Source of the DNA: Caldanaerobacter subterraneus
GTDB taxonomy: Bacteria > Bacillota > Thermoanaerobacteria > Thermoanaerobacterales > Thermoanaerobacteraceae
Length of the DNA: 24,000 nucleotides
Direction of reading: 5' to 3'
Assembly: GCF_004345675.1 (NCBI RefSeq)
Contig: NZ_SLWU01000018.1
Location: 28,345 to 52,344, forward strand
How positions within the stretch are numbered: position 1 is the first letter of the stretch; each line of letters begins with the position of its first letter. Of this stretch, positions 23,187 to 24,000 are shown piece by piece. The notes beneath the pieces are model-generated. The model did not search any database, had not been told where the DNA came from, and saw only the letters and a program-made list of their open reading frames with translations. Both the position numbers and the translations under genes were made by a program.

Positions 23187-24000
23187 ATGAAAATTAAAAA
23201 TTTTACCCTTTTTCTAATATGGGCAGGTGCAGCAATCTCAATTGCTGAAATCTATACAGGTTCGCTATTTGCACCTCTAGGTTTAACTAAAGGCTTGTTG
23301 GCTATTTTAATAGGCCATATCATTGGTACATTATTTTTCTCGCTTGGGGGGCTTATGTCATACATCCTTAAGTTGCCAGCAATAAAATCAACAAAAGTTG
23401 TTTTGGGCAATAAAGGTACAATTTTTTTAGGAGCACTAAACATTCTACAATTGATTGGATGGACAGCAGTCATGATTATACAATCAGCAAAAGCTTTTAA
23501 TGGTGCCATTGGTATGTCTGTTGGTGTAGGAATACTTTTTGCAGGCACATCTGTTTTATTATGGTCACTATTTTTTGAAAGTGAAGCATACTGGGTAAAT
23601 AACATTGCAGTAATATTGTTGTTTATATTGACTATTGGTGTTGTAGTATTTTTAAAGGGCGGGAAAATTTTAACACCAACAGGTAATATAAGTTTTGTAG
23701 ATGCAATCGAACTTGCCGTTGCTATGCCTGTATCATGGCTGCCTTTAGTAGGAGATTATACGATCAACAGTGAAAATAGAAAATCTAGCTTTATATATAC
23801 ATTTTTAGGTTATTTTATTGCAAGCTGTTTTATGTATTTTATAGGTCTTTTTGTTTCATTGAAAACGGAAGGAAAAGATATAATTTCATATTTTGCATCA
23901 ATAAAAACTGGGTTTGTACCATTGCTAATAATACTTTTATCAACAGTGACGACTACTTTTATGGATGTATACTCTGCTGCGATATCTACAATGGCAGTTA
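23187..24000 (+). CDS. cytX: CytX-type permease (predicted hydroxymethylpyrimidine transporter, NCS1 family), 3' end outside window
   Basis: Hand translation from ATG 23187 (SD AAAGGCGGGTG) stays open to the window edge: MKIKNFTLFLIWAGAAISIAEIYTGSLFAPLGLTKGLLAILIGHIIGTLFFSLGG... It is polytopic and lies in the thi operon. It is missing from the ORF track because it has no stop in the window. Confidence 0.7.
   Translation, partial: MKIKNFTLFLIWAGAAISIAEIYTGSLFAPLGLTKGLLAILIGHIIGTLFFSLGGLMSYILKLPAIKSTKVVLGNKGTIFLGALNILQLIGWTAVMIIQSAKAFNGAIGMSVGVGILFAGTSVLLWSLFFESEAYWVNNIAVILLFILTIGVVVFLKGGKILTPTGNISFVDAIELAVAMPVSWLPLVGDYTINSENRKSSFIYTFLGYFIASCFMYFIGLFVSLKTEGKDIISYFASIKTGFVPLLIILLSTVTTTFMDVYSAAISTMAV

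Noticed and set aside
23252-23605. 117-aa minus-strand ORF from the ORF track
   Set aside because: It lies antisense to the uninterrupted plus-strand cytX frame, which has an SD, hydrophobic permease-like sequence and operon context. The minus ORF has none of these.

Overview
This is a chromosomal, mostly housekeeping window. It looks like a thermophilic low-GC Firmicute (Thermoanaerobacter/Caldanaerobacter-like). That call is an inference from reverse gyrase, AT-rich coding DNA with GC-rich RNA genes, a SASP-like gene and dnaG-sigA synteny. Left to right: dgt (3' end), dnaG, sigA; tRNA-Asn and tRNA(CAU); trmK and a NIF3-family gene; RNase P RNA; deoD; manA; DUF72 (-); tRNA-Val(GAC); speE; a GH18 lipoprotein; pepV; tRNA-Val(CAC); reverse gyrase (-); lgt; a GAF/fRMsr-like gene; a NifU-like gene; a 58-aa SASP-like ORF missing from the ORF track; Sir2/CobB; csp; hslO; and a five-tRNA operon (Val-Asp-Phe-Gly-Cys). 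An AT-rich non-coding gap of about 480 bp follows. The window ends with a TPP-riboswitch-controlled thi operon (thiD remnant, thiE, thiM remnant, thiW, cytX running off the right edge). I saw no CRISPR array, transposase, integrase or recognisable defence genes. The observations most worth follow-up are these. (1) A 251-bp palindromic element with a 62% GC core sits between two perfect 22-bp copies of the speE terminator hairpin; it is MITE-like or a structured 3'-UTR RNA. (2) Both kinase genes of the thi operon (thiD, thiM) are gutted by internal out-of-frame deletions, while the riboswitch, thiE and the two predicted precursor transporters look intact. (3) A promoter, long hairpin and T7 unit next to tRNA-Cys is a candidate small RNA, and it lies inside a segment bounded by inverted repeats. 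(4) An 11-bp-phased TGCCA/T-tract motif recurs just downstream of three stable-RNA terminators. (5) A perfect 15-bp-arm palindrome after deoD shares its core with the subterminal arms of the speE element. All coordinates were hand-counted from the printed sequence, and no database search was possible.
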